Made by a program: the position numbers and the translations under genes
NCBI GenBank assembly: GCA_038496445.1
Contig: JALMLS010000418.1
Location: 1-64,000 of the forward strand
DNA: 64,000 nt
Direction of reading: 5' to 3'
DNA from: Trichosphaerium sp. ATCC 40318
Taxonomy: Eukaryota > Protista > Tubulinea
Part shown: positions 26,652 through 39,532 of the stretch, piece after piece
How positions within the stretch are numbered: the stretch's first letter is position 1
How the letters are laid out: the number at the start of each line of letters is the position of its first letter
Notes under the pieces: generated by a model
The model's input: the letters and a program-made list of their open reading frames with translations, nothing else
Database searches by the model: none
What the model was told of the DNA's origin: nothing

Positions 26652-27126
26652 ATGAACACTATTGTAGCCGTTTTATCCGTTGTATTGCTATGCGTTTCAT
26701 CTCTAAACGCTTCTTCACCTTGTCTGGGTGTAAACAATTCTGGAAACCTAAACTGCACATCAGCTCGCCTTTGTTGTGGCCGAGGAACAATAGAAGCATC
26801 TTGTTTGCCAGCTGACGACTCTAAAATATGCTGCACGTGGTACTTAGGAGCGACACAATGTGACAAAGAAGAAACATGCTGTGGAAGCTTGGGATATGGC
26901 GCAAGCTCAAGTGCTTTTTGTTGTACCGCCTTTTTCGGTGAGATTCAAACTAACGGTATGCGCAGGTACAGTTTGCTGTGATAAATCTGGTGATGGTGAC
27001 AATACTTGTTGTCAACCTACTGACATTTGTTGCGCCTCTCCTGGATCACAGAGCTGGTGTTGCCCTCAAGGATCTACTTGCGGTTATGCAGGCGACTGTA
27101 AGTCAAACAATCTGTTCAAGCAATAA
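26652..27126 (+). CDS. Small secreted Cys-Cys-rich (granulin-like pattern) protein
   Basis: Signal peptide and repeated CC pairs across two frames joined by one short intron ending at about 26965. Confidence 0.75.
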
Positions 27127-27306
27127 ATAATCGCATTTGTTCTCCCATACACCTCTATGCCTTGTAATATCGTACTACACCATCACCACAGTATTTAATA
27201 GAGCTTTATTCCGTTGGCGCGCGCACGTGCGAGCCAGAAACGAAATAGTTTGACAAACAACGCGTTTTTTTTTCTGCATCTTAACACCATCTTACGCCGT
27301 GATACA

Positions 27307-29957
27307 ATGCACAAAATAATGTCATGGCGCTCTGCAGCGCTATTAATGATATGCGTAACCCTCACATATCAAGCTTCAGGTCCTTGGGTTATAGACGACT
27401 TTGAAGACAATAGTCCCACAATTATATTCCCAGGTGTTAATTTTGACACTACAAGTGCTACTGTTGGATCAATTATTGGAGGAGAACGCGAAACTTCTGT
27501 TGTTAGAACTGGCGGTAGCGGTATGATATTAATGAGAATAATCGGAGTTGGAATTACGGTTTTTAGACGCTAGGATTTAATTGGTTTTCTTCCTCTTTTT
27601 TTTTTCTATTTGTGCTCTTATTTACTTGGTTTTTTGTAATTTTCTATTTCTAGGATTCGTAAGCCTTGTTACTACAAGCGGTAGGTTAGATGTATCAACA
27701 TCGGATGCAGCTACAATAGGCGTAGCCTCTGTTCTTTGGGATGGACCAGGAACCTCCGTATTGAACATGGATTACTCAAGCATTGCAGGCAAATATCAAC
27801 AAACAGCTAAAAGAAGGCGTCAAGTAATGTACTTTTAGATGCATTTTTGATCCGAGTCGCACAAGCAAACGCTGGTACTACTCTAGTATTTCAACTGGAG
27901 AGTGGTATTGCTCCATTCAGTCTTATGAGTAAGTAACCTTTTGATTTTACCGAAATCACGTGATTGTGTAAACCAAGTTATTAATTTTATTTTCAAGCAA
28001 CCGTGGATATTACTACTGAGATAACTACGCCAACGGATGTGGTTGTTGATCTTCCGGGTACAATCAAGGGTTTTTTTATTAATATTCGACGACAAACGCC
28101 TTTGTTACTTTTGTACAATATGCACCTTTAAACACTCGATTATGCAACCTAGACCGATACTCTATTGTCCCTCTAATTTTGGTGTATCTTAGGACTCTTG
28201 AATTTTTACACATTGATACAATCATTTGAATTGATGTTAAGACCACAAGAAGCGATTGTTGAACATATTTGTATTATTGCTAGATTGGAGTCAGTACTGA
28301 CAATGTCAACACTTACTCCGACTGTTAGTAAGTGAACTTGGATAATTTTGGTTTGGTTATTAATCAAACGCTTCTAGATGATCGCGTTACAGTTCAACTT
28401 GTCGTAGAAAATCCGGACTCTTTTCCAGCAACTGCTGAACTGGGTACGTTAACGTATACATACCAACTATCTCATTCCTTTTAGTCGACAGAATTACCAT
28501 TGAAGTACCTTCAAGTCACGCCATGGTAGACGCGGGATCCCTTACTACTTCAGCGGTAATATAGCATATGTACATTGTTTTTTGGTAACTTTTTTCAGGG
28601 TACAATCGTTGTCAATGGAAATGCTGTTTTTGTACAAAACACAGGAAACTTGGCAAATAATGCAATGCTTGTAATTGAGTTTGATATTATCGTTATAGCT
28701 GCAGGCCAATTGTCGCTTCAAGGTACGTTTTCATTGTTGTTACTTCAGCCCAACAAAACCACACCAACTCACTATTTTGTTAGCACAAGTTTTCCTCGGA
28801 TCAGGTATTATCGCATTGTCCAGTGATGTACCTAGAAGCGGCATAATGAGATGTTGTGCTGCTAACGCTACAGTGAGCCAAATTCAAGCTGTAAGTTTAG
28901 CAAAACCACCAGATAACCTGATAATGATAATTAATATTTCTTACAGCTGCCTCCTACTGCAAATCCAGGAAGCGGATCTGGAGATCCTCATTTTGTTGGT
29001 ACACTCACATTTTTGCATTTGATTCTTCCGTATATAATAACACCTTGTGGTATGACAGTTACTCACAGATCTTAGGTTTTCTTGATCAACACTACGACTT
29101 TCACGGATACAGCGGACAGATTTTTAAGTACGTCAAGACGCAAATGGCCATTTGCTTATTTCATGCGTAGTATCATCTCTGATCAAACTTTCCAATTGAA
29201 TGCGTACTTTGGAAATGCAGATAAACGACTACAAAAGAAAAAGACATACATGACAAAACTCGGTTAGTTTAAATTGTTTTGAATTTTCTTGCAACGAACA
29301 TCAGTTTTTAGTAGAGCGTACTGACTTTGTTGTACTAGGTGTACTCATGTGCGGAGCTCTAATCTACTTTGAGTGTGACAGAGAACACAAGAAACATATT
29401 GTAAAGTTCAACGGTAACGATATGAACCCTGGATCTCATATGAAGGTGAAACATGTTGCAAACGTAAAAAGGTAATTGTTTTTTTTTGACGATGCCAGAA
29501 ATTAATCACGTGATAAATTATTTGTAACAACTTCAAAGGATGGACATGAATAATTCAAAGACAACTATCAAAACTAGCAACTACAAAGTAGTAGTAAGGT
29601 TCTCCGAGAGTCACCACTCCTCATGCCATATCAACTTCAAACTTTCTTACGATCACATCCCAGGATCACCTTACCCTCATGGTACCTTATTATTAGTTAT
29701 TATACAACTTGTTTTGACAATTAAATCTAGGTGTCGTTGGACAAACATCTCAAGGAACACCAAAAGCAAAGGGTACAGGAATGAACAGTCCAAATATTGT
29801 TGAAGGAAAAGTTGAAGATTATATTATCACTGACGGAGATATCTTCGGAACTAAGTTCGCTTTTAACCGATTTGATTGGCAAGTATGTCTTAAAGGAGCT
29901 GATGTATATGTTCACGATACAGAGAATGCTGAGACCTTCCATTCATTTGGCGAATAA
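27307..29957 (+). CDS. Secreted multidomain protein with a C-terminal GDPH (VWD/ITI-heavy-chain/root-cap-like) domain
   Basis: Signal peptide, beta-rich domains (IDDF..IIGGERE..LWDG; a DUF11-like segment), then GSGDPHFVGFLDQHYDFHG..IISDQTFQLNAYF..PHGVVGQT..VEGKVEDYII..FGTKFAFNRF. Confidence 0.75.
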
Positions 29958-30228
29958 TTACGGAACATTTCTTCTCAACTTTTATGCTTGTACATGTCGT
30001 AGACGCCGAATCTATGTGTATAAGCAATGTTAGAATAGTAAAACGACGTTTTTCAATTAGTTGCAAATTTTCAGCAAAAAACATTGAAGACTGAAGCTTC
30101 TTTGAATCTTCCACGTACAGAACAACAATTAACATACTTTTATACACCTACTAAAGCTATTACCAGTAAGTTGTAGATCGGCTTAAGCTTTGCGTTAAGT
30201 TTTAACCACTTCGCATTCAGAAAACGTC

Positions 30229-32412
30229 ATGGCACACATCCCAACCGCTGGAATTGAATTACCTGAGTCAGGTCCACCTGTACTTGAGAACTGGACGAAC
30301 GATAAGCAAATATCAATAAACAACAGCGAAGTAAACGCTAAAAAATACCAAATAGGCTCTACTAATAATTACAAAACAGGTTAACCATACTGGTTATAAC
30401 TTTGGAACCGTACGCGGAACTGTTAAGGTCTACGCTGGTAGATGGTATTTCGAGGTAAAACTCAAAACTGGTGGCTCTGCTCGCATTGGATGGTGTACAG
30501 ATAAGTTTTATCCAGAATCGGTATGCTCAGTGCGCAAAATAGCGCCTTTGCAGCGTCTTGTGCGATCGACTTTCAGATCTATTCTCCAAGCGTCCCAAGT
30601 ATCGCTTTTAACGCAAATGAGCGCATTGCGTCAAAACTTATGTCAACCAAGACACTAAACGGCAAACTTTTAGAGATATTCTGGCCTGGGCGCCGACGAC
30701 TGCTCTTGGGGCTTCGACGGCTCTAGAAAAACGAAAATCCACAACGAAAAAGATGGTGACGGTTCACACTCCTACGGTGAATACTGGAACTCTGGTGTAC
30801 GCTTTAAACGCGTTTTACAACAGATAAAACCAATTTTACTCATTTCAGCAAAAATACCTTTTATTTTTTGTTTTAATCCATTGACACTCTTAATAGGATG
30901 TAGTTGGTTGTATCCTTGACCTCGGCACGCGCAAAATTTCATACACGCTCAATGGAAAGGACTTGGGCGTTGCGTTTTCTGGTGTGAGGTATGTTTGTTT
31001 ATAGACGCTCTAAATACGCTATAAACTGCGAGGAACACAAGTTCTGGTTATTGATACACGACATTTTTTACTCCGTTTCTATTTAATATGGCTCTAATTG
31101 TATTGTAGACCTGGTGATGCTTCTGGATTAATGCCTGCAGTGAGTGTTTACCGCAACACAAAAGTATCTGTCAATTTTGGCCGTAAATTCGCCAATCCAG
31201 CACCACACGCATGTCCTCTTAATGGTACTCTTACAAAAGCTCAAAAGAATTCATTGGATAAGGTTTTTAACAAGTATTTTGGTACGCAAGGCGTTTTAAT
31301 TCTGTTTTTTTTGTTTTTGTTTTTGTGAGCAATTTTTCTTCTTCCAATGATTCTTTGTTTGTGCTTATTGTTGCGTAGAAATCGGTATTAAACTAGCTGA
31401 ATCCGGTGATACTGGTGATGTTATTAAAGATCAAGGTGTTCTAGAGCTTGGTAAAGACCTTGGAGCTGTAGACGACTCAGTACGAGTTTTTTTTTTTTGA
31501 ACAGCTATTTTGTACAACAAAAAATATCACTTGGTGGACTCAACTGTTTATTCTCGCAAGGAGATAGGCTGCTTGAGGACTATTGTTTTTTTTATTTTTG
31601 AAATAATAGTTTATTTTTCAATTTTTTATCCAATATGTTCTTATATTTGTTAAAAGGATCCGTTATTGCTTATCCTCGCTTGGAAATTGAGGGCACAAGA
31701 GCAGTGGGAATTTTCTGCTGATGAATTTATCATCGGTTTTGGTTTACATGGGTACGTTGTGCGAATATTGTGTTGGTGTAGGCCAGGAACTTGTATTCTT
31801 TATCAACTTTTTTTTTTTTCCCTGTTCATTTCATTTGTGTGGTGGGCTTATTTTTCTTTCTTAGTGCTACGACCTTTGGAGCCATTAAAAAAATAGTCCA
31901 AAAGTGGAAAAAGGACATTGAGTCTGATGCTGCTCAGTTCAGATCATTTCACAACTTTATTTTCGAGTACCTTAAACCGGACAATGGTACTGCGTTGGGT
32001 AAAGAAGAGGCCTTAATGGCATGGAGTATGATTGGTATGCCAGGACGATGGACATTGTGGCCTAAATGGGAGGCATATTTGAACGTAAGTGTTATGATAA
32101 GCTAACTTTTTTTTTGCTTTTTTTTTCAGTTCATTCAACGAATTTTTGGAGTTTCTCTAACTGCTTCTATTAGCAATGCGAGCGTAAAGCTGTTACACGT
32201 GATACATGGCAAATGTTGTTGACGTTTATTGAGCAATTAGGAGCTGACTACAAGAACTACGATCCTATGGGTACGATGCCTTACACTTTTCTTGGCTTCA
32301 TTGTTTTTTGATAACTTGGTATCTTCTTTGATTTACTGACCTTTTCTTTTTTGTAGATTGTTGGCCAACTGCTATGGATGAGTTTTATGAATACTTGCAA
32401 GAAAACGAATAA
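30229..32412 (+). CDS. SPRY domain fused to a DCN1-like (PONY/cullin-binding) domain
   Basis: SPRY: GRWYFEVK..RIGW..SWGFDG..GDVVGCILDL..ISYTLNGKDLGVAF..PAVS..VNFG. DCN1: LLILAWKL..EFSADEF, FRSFHNFIFEY, AVTRDTWQMLLTF..NYDPMDCWPTAMDEFYEY. Confidence 0.88.
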
Positions 32413-32836
32413 ACTTAATAGTTGGTTGCTTGAAAATAAATAAACTTTTTGTATTGCTTGTCAAATAATGATTATTGTTTTATGGGAGTGTTGGTGGATA
32501 TGGTTAGGGCGTTGTAACGCCTGAAACATAGCAATAAAGTAATTAAAAGGATACATTGAAGCATGTTTACCAGAACAAGTTCGTGCTACAAGGAATGAAA
32601 GTGTTTCAAAATAATCTTGCAGATTTATTTATCTTATTTATGCTAACGAATATATCGCTAACTTTGATTGTGATACTTTTGAAACTGCTTCGCTTCAATA
32701 TTCCGCACACAACGTCTTCAATGAAGCGGAAATTAATCATGTCCGTTATGCGTGTAGCGTACAGTATTGAAAAAAAAACTTCATATTTATTGTACATTGC
32801 TACAAGAACTCAAAATCATCTTAGTTTTTTTTGTTA

Positions 32837-33367
32837 TTAGTTGTGTGCTACTTTTGAACCATTGTTCATCATGCATTCTAATGTTAGTTTTCCATTTTTA
32901 TCCCATTCTTTGTACTCACCATTATCCAAGTTATTTCTCATCATACTTTGAACTTTCATTTGCCCATTCTCATACCATTCTTTGTACTCTCCTTCAAACT
33001 TTGAGTTCACAAAGAAACATACTTTGCAAAGATTCCCGTTTTGGTACCACTCCTTGTACTCTCCTTCTTTCTTACCTCCCTTAAAGGAGTATGTAACATG
33101 CATTTGACCACACGTGTACCACATTGCACTTAAACCTTCAAGTTTACCATTAACATAAGTCAAGCATCGTTTCATTTGTCCGTTGGGATACCATTCTTTT
33201 TCTTCACCATGAGGAATACTGTCTTTTACGTGATAGTGTAAATATAACTGTCCATTCTTGTGCCAACATTTCACTTCGCCTTGTACTTTGTCGCCCCATC
33301 TATAGAGGCACTTTTTTAATAATCCATTATCATAGAACTCTTCATACTTCCCTGCCGTTTTACCAGA
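32837..33367 (-). pseudogene. MORN-variant (YwqK-like) repeat gene, apparently 5'-truncated
   Basis: Tandem GEYKEWYxNG repeats. The frame stays open upstream of the listed GTG up to a TAA at 33368-33370 with no ATG before the first repeats. Confidence 0.7.
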
Positions 33368-35189
33368 TTATACCAACACCAACTTGAGAAATGCGGTGAA
33401 AACCTTGATAGAAGAGCTTAGGTATGTTTTTGTTTCAATTGTATTTTTTTCTTAAACTGCTCGAAGGTGTCATTCAAGTAGGTTTTTATGGACATTGGGG
33501 AGGTACTCGACAACTGTTATAGACTTACATTGCCTTAAACTGTTCATATAGAGTGGAACCAAAGAGAAGGTTGTCCTAAAGCACCAAACTCTTTTTTGAA
33601 CATGCTCCTTGAAACATTTACAGAGTACTAGTATTTTATCGACCGTTGTTGAACTAACTCAGTTCACAAAGCTCATTTCAGATCACTCCTGTACAAGCTA
33701 GGTATCCTAATGACCTTGGTACATTCAAAGGATCAGATCTCAACATTGGGTTCCATGATGACTCTTTTGTAAGGACAAACTAGTGACAGCTTTTTAATAT
33801 CTAGTGATACCTTGGGTAACCAGCACATTTGTGGGCCAAATGGAATTGAATGATGGCCTTGATAACTGGAAAACAGCTCCAATAGGCGGAGAATTCAGAC
33901 CTGATGTTGGATTGTGTATATTCTCAACAGGCAATAGTCTTTCCTTGTTGTTTGGTAAACCAAGTTAACGCTATTGAATAGATCCTCATGCTGCTTGTAA
34001 AAACAACAATTTTACAGCACAAAACTACGAAGATAGCGTCGATTATTCACATACTTCGTGGATGGGGTACACGAAAGTAGAGTCGCACAGTGCTAACTAA
34101 CTTTTTATAGAGCCAGCGCTCTGTTTGGTAGCGGCGTAAGTAATAGTGTCAAGCAAAGAGCTATTATAGTACATACGGTTCTTCGACATTAACTTTTTCG
34201 GGTACCAAGCGACTTACCCGTCACGTGGTCTTACTGACTTGTTTTTTTTCTCTCGAAGGCAATCCTAATACTATTCTACCTCGAAATGACAAGATCTACT
34301 CCAGTGAAATCGAACTCACCAAAGTTTTATTTGTATCTTTCAGGAGATATATTATTAACTGGACGACCAATCGTATTCGCAGTTCAAGTATGATCACTAC
34401 ATAAAGATAATGTCGATTTCTCACATTGCATTAGGGAGCAGCATCAAATGGACAACTAACAGTATCTGTTGCCGGTACATAACAATCCGATATTGCTATT
34501 GCTTACATTTTATGTTAAGGTGATCCAAACTCAACACCTCCTCCACCATTGCCTTCTAATGATAAAAAGATAATCACTATGCAAAAAGGAAACGCTTTGA
34601 ATTTTGCAATGGATAGTAGACCTGGTGTCGAAGATAACAGACAAGTGTGTAGATTCTTGTCTCTTCAATTCCTGATGCGTTGTTTTTTAGATATGGCTGT
34701 GGTACGACAACCAACAGTGGGTTGAAGAAAGTGTTGGGGGAGGATTCTTTAGATTCAGAAAAGACACTACCTACTATTGTTTGGATGCTGGTGATGGTGG
34801 TGCGTATGGAAGAAAAGTAGCTTTGTATCGTTGCATAGATGGAAACCGAAACCAGCATTGGAAGAAAGGCACGTGACAAAAATTAAACAGCAAATCAATT
34901 CGTTATGAATAAACTAACAGATTAATGTAGTCCGCATTTCAAACAATGTATTCAGACTCGAAAAGAGAAATGCGCCTGGATTCTCTATTGACGGTGGCAA
35001 CGGAGGAGGTACAATAATTTTTTTTTGTTTTTTTGTATGTCTTTTGTCGTTCAAGTTTGCAGTGAAACCATTATTCCGTGTAAAATAGTTCTAAGCTTTT
35101 TAATAGACGGAATGCAACCTGTTAAATTGTGGGGCTCTAGTGATACAAATGAAAATCAACACTGGAAGTTTAGAACTGTTACACCTTGA
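33363..35189 (+). pseudogene. 5'-truncated DUF4832/glycoside-hydrolase-like plus ricin-B lectin gene
   Basis: Starts abruptly at PDYTNTNLRNAVKTLIEEL. Then IQVGFYGHWGEW, IGFHDDSF and WKTAPIGGEFRP, and C-terminal ricin repeats NQQW, NQHW, NQHW. No start codon was found, and the first junction looks out of phase. Confidence 0.6.
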
Positions 35190-35269
35190 AACAACTCGTT
35201 TTTTATTAGAAAAATAAACTCTTTCTTCAACTAGTTGCAATTTTTATGTGAGGTAAAAGAATGGTTGAT

Positions 35270-38200
35270 TCACAGATCTAACGTGGTGGCCATTTGTTTT
35301 AACAAGTCAGCGTCAGGAGGAATTTTACCAACAGTAGTTCCAGGATCACCTCCCTGTTTTTGCCAATCTTCAAGAGACATACCACATTCCTCTACCTAAA
35401 TCACGTGTTAGCTAATTTCATGAAGTCAGGGTTTGCTTACCTTAGCGTTTGGTGTAAACACTTTGTTGTCATGAACAACTGTCTTTCCTGGCGCCTTACA
35501 CTGAGGAGTACCGTACTTGCCATCTTTTGTCATTACTAAGTAGTTCTAATATCAAGAGTGTAAGCGAGTACTGAAATAAAATTCAATTGTGTAGCGTACA
35601 CCATAGAAGTAATCTTCATGGCCTGCCAATTGAGTGTTGTAAAGTTCAAATCCTGTTGCAACGTATGCATATACGTTGTAGTAGTGACGGTTGTCATGGC
35701 CTCCAAAATCGCTCTTACGAGGTATCAGAAGAAAAGAAATTAAACTTCTTCTGGCTTACCTTCATGCCGTTTCCACTGTATACAAACACATTATTATGCG
35801 TTTTATAATAGCGCGAACCATCGTCATTATCGATTGCCTCTTTACTAGAAACGCATCATTAATAAATCAAAGTCGCATTAATAGAAACCAAACCTGTTGT
35901 AATTTGCAATGATAAAGTTCTTTGTAATTTCATCCCACTCTTTGATTGTGCTTGGTGTTCCATCTCTTACTTTTGTAACATAAACCTAACATGTTGTGAG
36001 TCTATTAAAACGATGTGTTAATAAAAACATACTTGGCGATCCCAGCTATTGAATGGTCCCTACAAGAAACAATTGAGTTGATGTGTTCGACAAAGTGTCT
36101 AAAAGTCTTAAATTGGAAGTATGCTCACGTGATCTCCAGATTCGCGACAGGTATTGAAAATAACATTAGTTGTCATAAAATGACCACCTCCAAATCCATC
36201 GTTAAAGTTGACACCAGCACGAGGACCGTTGTAGAATATGTTGCGCTCTAATAAGGTCTGACTTGTTTTTGCCTGGAAATAAAAAGATGATTGCTTTTCC
36301 TAAAAAACCCCAGGTTATTAAAAGCAAATGCCCATAAATAGTGAGTTATGTGTACCCAGATACCAGTTTCATGAGCTAGATTGTTCTTAATTATATTAAA
36401 TCTAGGCTGATCACCACCTGTACCATCCCAACCCATATTGTACAAAGTACCTTCTCAAACAGTAAGTTTTTGAAACTTAGTGTAATTTCCAGTTTACCTT
36501 TAGCATCACCCCAAGAGGCTATGCATGAGTCACCAATCCACTTAAATTCGTTTCGTTGAATAGTGGTGTTACGATTGTACCCAGAAATCATGATAGCGTT
36601 ACCATCAAGCTTTGAAAACACGCAAGAGTCAATTTCACATTTTTCTGTTCCTTGAAAAAACAGAGCTCCAGAACGTTGAAGACCCCAGTCACCTCCAGAA
36701 GGCATACCATGAGGATCAAGGTAAGTGTAAACTGTATCCTTGAATCCAACGCCTCTAAAGACGATTTCTTTTACAGGGCTTGACTGTGTTCCTTGGTAGG
36801 CGAACAATGTCTGTAGCAGACCGTCAATATATTAGTGCATTACTTGATGTACCTTAAGATTCGTGACTTCAAACACTGTGTCTACTGGAGGCGAACCAGT
36901 GCCGTTGTACCAAAGATACAACATTTTCGTTTGAGTATCAAAGAACCACTCATTCTCGCTATCTAACTCCTCAAATACATTTTCAATGTAAAACTCATCT
37001 CCTTTCTCATTGCCACGTGCACCTTGGAAACCTCCTTTTGAAAAAGTAAAAGTTCCTGAAGATGCTACATAACTGCCAACCTACATCACGTGTTACTTCA
37101 GAAGTGCATTATAATACTAATCATACTCACCTCAAACATCCATGATGCCCAATGTGCGGGACGCCACGCTTGTATAACTGCGCCAATGGCGTTTTTGTAA
37201 GGAGTGTTTGGTAATATTTTTTTATCAGCGACTAAACCAGCAGGGATTCTGTGTTGTAATTTAGAACAGATTACGAAAGTATCATGTACTTGTAAGTTCC
37301 AGCGGCTCCTCCATGGGTCTCATTACCACACCAATACCCAGCTGGAGGTGTAAAATGTTCACAAGGACCTCCAATGCCAATTTGGTATCTTTGAAACTCT
37401 GTTGAAGTGTTACGGAAAGGAACTTTAGGGTAGATTTCTTCTTTCGGTATTGTAGGCAGATTTGGTTTTAACCAAGACTTGGCTTTCAACGTAGATCCAA
37501 ACCCAAACTCTAAGGGTTTTGTTATCAACACGTGTAAACTAATACAACTCTTTAAAACGCACCTGGATTGGCATTAGGGTAACGAGCCCGTATTGACCTT
37601 TCAGTGTTTATTCTCAAACCATGTACGTTTACTACATCACTTGAAAGAAATTATTAGCAATATTTAAGAACGACAACTATACCTGAGTGTTGTTACGTAT
37701 ATATTCTCACCGCTGGACACTTTGTATGGTTTCCATTCTGGCTGAATCAACCTTGCGCCACTAATCCATACCTAAAGCAAGTTTTGGTGAATACAGGTAA
37801 AAAGGAAAATCACGTGGAATTTTATCACTCACTTCTTCGTTAGGATAGTTTTGTATCGTAAGGCCATTGTATTTGGGCGTAAACATAATGGTGCTGTTGA
37901 AAGATGTTAGCAGAGATACATGATACTATAAACCACAAAAAGATTTAAAGAGTAGTAATACAACACTGGTCGAAAAAAAAAACTGAACCGAAAACCTCTC
38001 AGACATTTCTTTGGAATTTTTCGTACCTGCTCAAATGGAAAGTACCCTTTCGTAGCACGATGACTGCTCCTGTATATGAAGAAGGTGCTTCAATAGCTTT
38101 GTGAATACTTTGGAAAGGTTTATTGATTGTTCCAGGGTTCGAGTCGCTTCCTATTTTTCAACAATTAAAAAAGAAGTTACCGTTTCCATTTTTCTGTTTT

Positions 38201-38632
38201 TGGTGACTAGTTAGCTAGCATACCTCGTATGGCATCAACATAAAACGTTTCAGCGTTGGGTGCGTCGCGAATAGGAAACGAAGGTATTCTGTTACCACCA
38301 ACAAAGTCTGTCGGTACCTACACGTGATTTTAGGCTAGCAATGGAAAATAATGTCTTGAGGCTAAAGTCGGCCATTAACGTACTTTTACTGAACAATTTT
38401 GAGCTTCTTGAGCGCCATTTAAAGCGTCTGCGATATCTTGAAAGTTTTCTTTTGTACGAAACGGTTGAACCTAAGTTTTGTAAGCTCTAGAGGATGGCAT
38501 ACAACCAGGTACCTTCATGGCGTATTTCAATGCCATTTCGCGCATAGGGCAATCAAAAGTTTTTTCATCCGCGTGTACAACGCTTGCGGTTAATATTATA
38601 GCCAACAACGCAAGAATTACGTGTGGTGACAT
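35270..38632 (-). CDS. Secreted right-handed parallel beta-helix (pectin-lyase fold) protein
   Basis: Signal peptide; FYVDAIRGSDSNPGTINKPFQSIHKAI; ARYPNANP; GGFQGARG..FYIENVFEELDSENEWF; HGMPSGGDWGLQR; NGPRAG, DHGPFNSWDR, IDNDDGS. Confidence 0.82.
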
Positions 38633-38995
38633 ACTACTGAAGATTATACTTGTGACAAAAGAACGGATTTTCACGTGACTTAACAGCAAGTACTAGTACA
38701 AAAACCCAATGGTCCAAGAAAGACATGTAATGACAAATGGAATAAACTTACATTGACATCTTATCATAAAAACGTTGACAACCAATTTTACAGCCAAACA
38801 CACTTAATGAATGAATGTTTTGTTTATTAAGTCTATGGCTACATTTAAGACCCATAATTTTGGGTAGCTGTTTAAAGTTAGGCGCATCGACCTGGCCAGT
38901 ATTCAACCCAAACACACTTAAACAATTGGTTGTTAAGCCAATCATTCTCTCAGAGATTAGTCACTTTAAAAACGTCTTCCTCATTACCTACCACG

Positions 38996-39450
38996 ATGGC
39001 TGAAAGTAGTACTGATAGTTACGTTTACTCGGCTGGATTTCCTCGTAGTATAGCGGAGACTGTAATTTGGAACTATTTGCGTACTAGCGCCTGTGTAGCA
39101 CAGTTGTGTTGGATATCATTCTTTGAATGTTTACTGTTTTTAATATTAGAGTTATGTGTTTCGTTTGACACGTAAGAAACTATTTCTAATAACAGCTTAC
39201 TTAAGTAAAATTCTTCAAAACACTGCATGATATTTCGATAGAAATACTATCTACAGAGGCATGTGCAGAGTAGGTCAACAAGAGTGTATGTTAACGTGTA
39301 TTTGGAGCCCTGGAATCACTTTAGAGGGTCTTAACAATGTGGAGTACGGATCACGGGACATATACGTGAGTTCTGATTTTACAACTTGGACATAGTTTTA
39401 CTAATTTCTGTCTGAATAGATGGCGGTGCTTGATCCTAAAGTAAGTTACA
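38996..39450 (+). other. Possible short or decayed multi-exon gene fragment
   Basis: MAESSTDSYVYSAGFPRSIAET followed by intron-like spacers. No consistent full model could be built. Confidence 0.2.
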
Positions 39451-39532
39451 ATAGTGATCTTTAATGTACTGGCTTTGTTTTTTACTATTGCATTTTAACA
39501 ACGTAAAGGAGCCTCATTTGTAGCATAAAGAT

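Noticed and set aside
29640-29800. HIPGSPY plus KGTG read as a filamin/NHL remnant
   Set aside because: Splicing places these in frame within the GDPH domain (PHGVVGQT..VEGKVEDY).
32500-33400. Endogenous giant-virus insertion
   Set aside because: There is only one MORN gene, no viral hallmark genes, and the flanks are intron-rich host genes.
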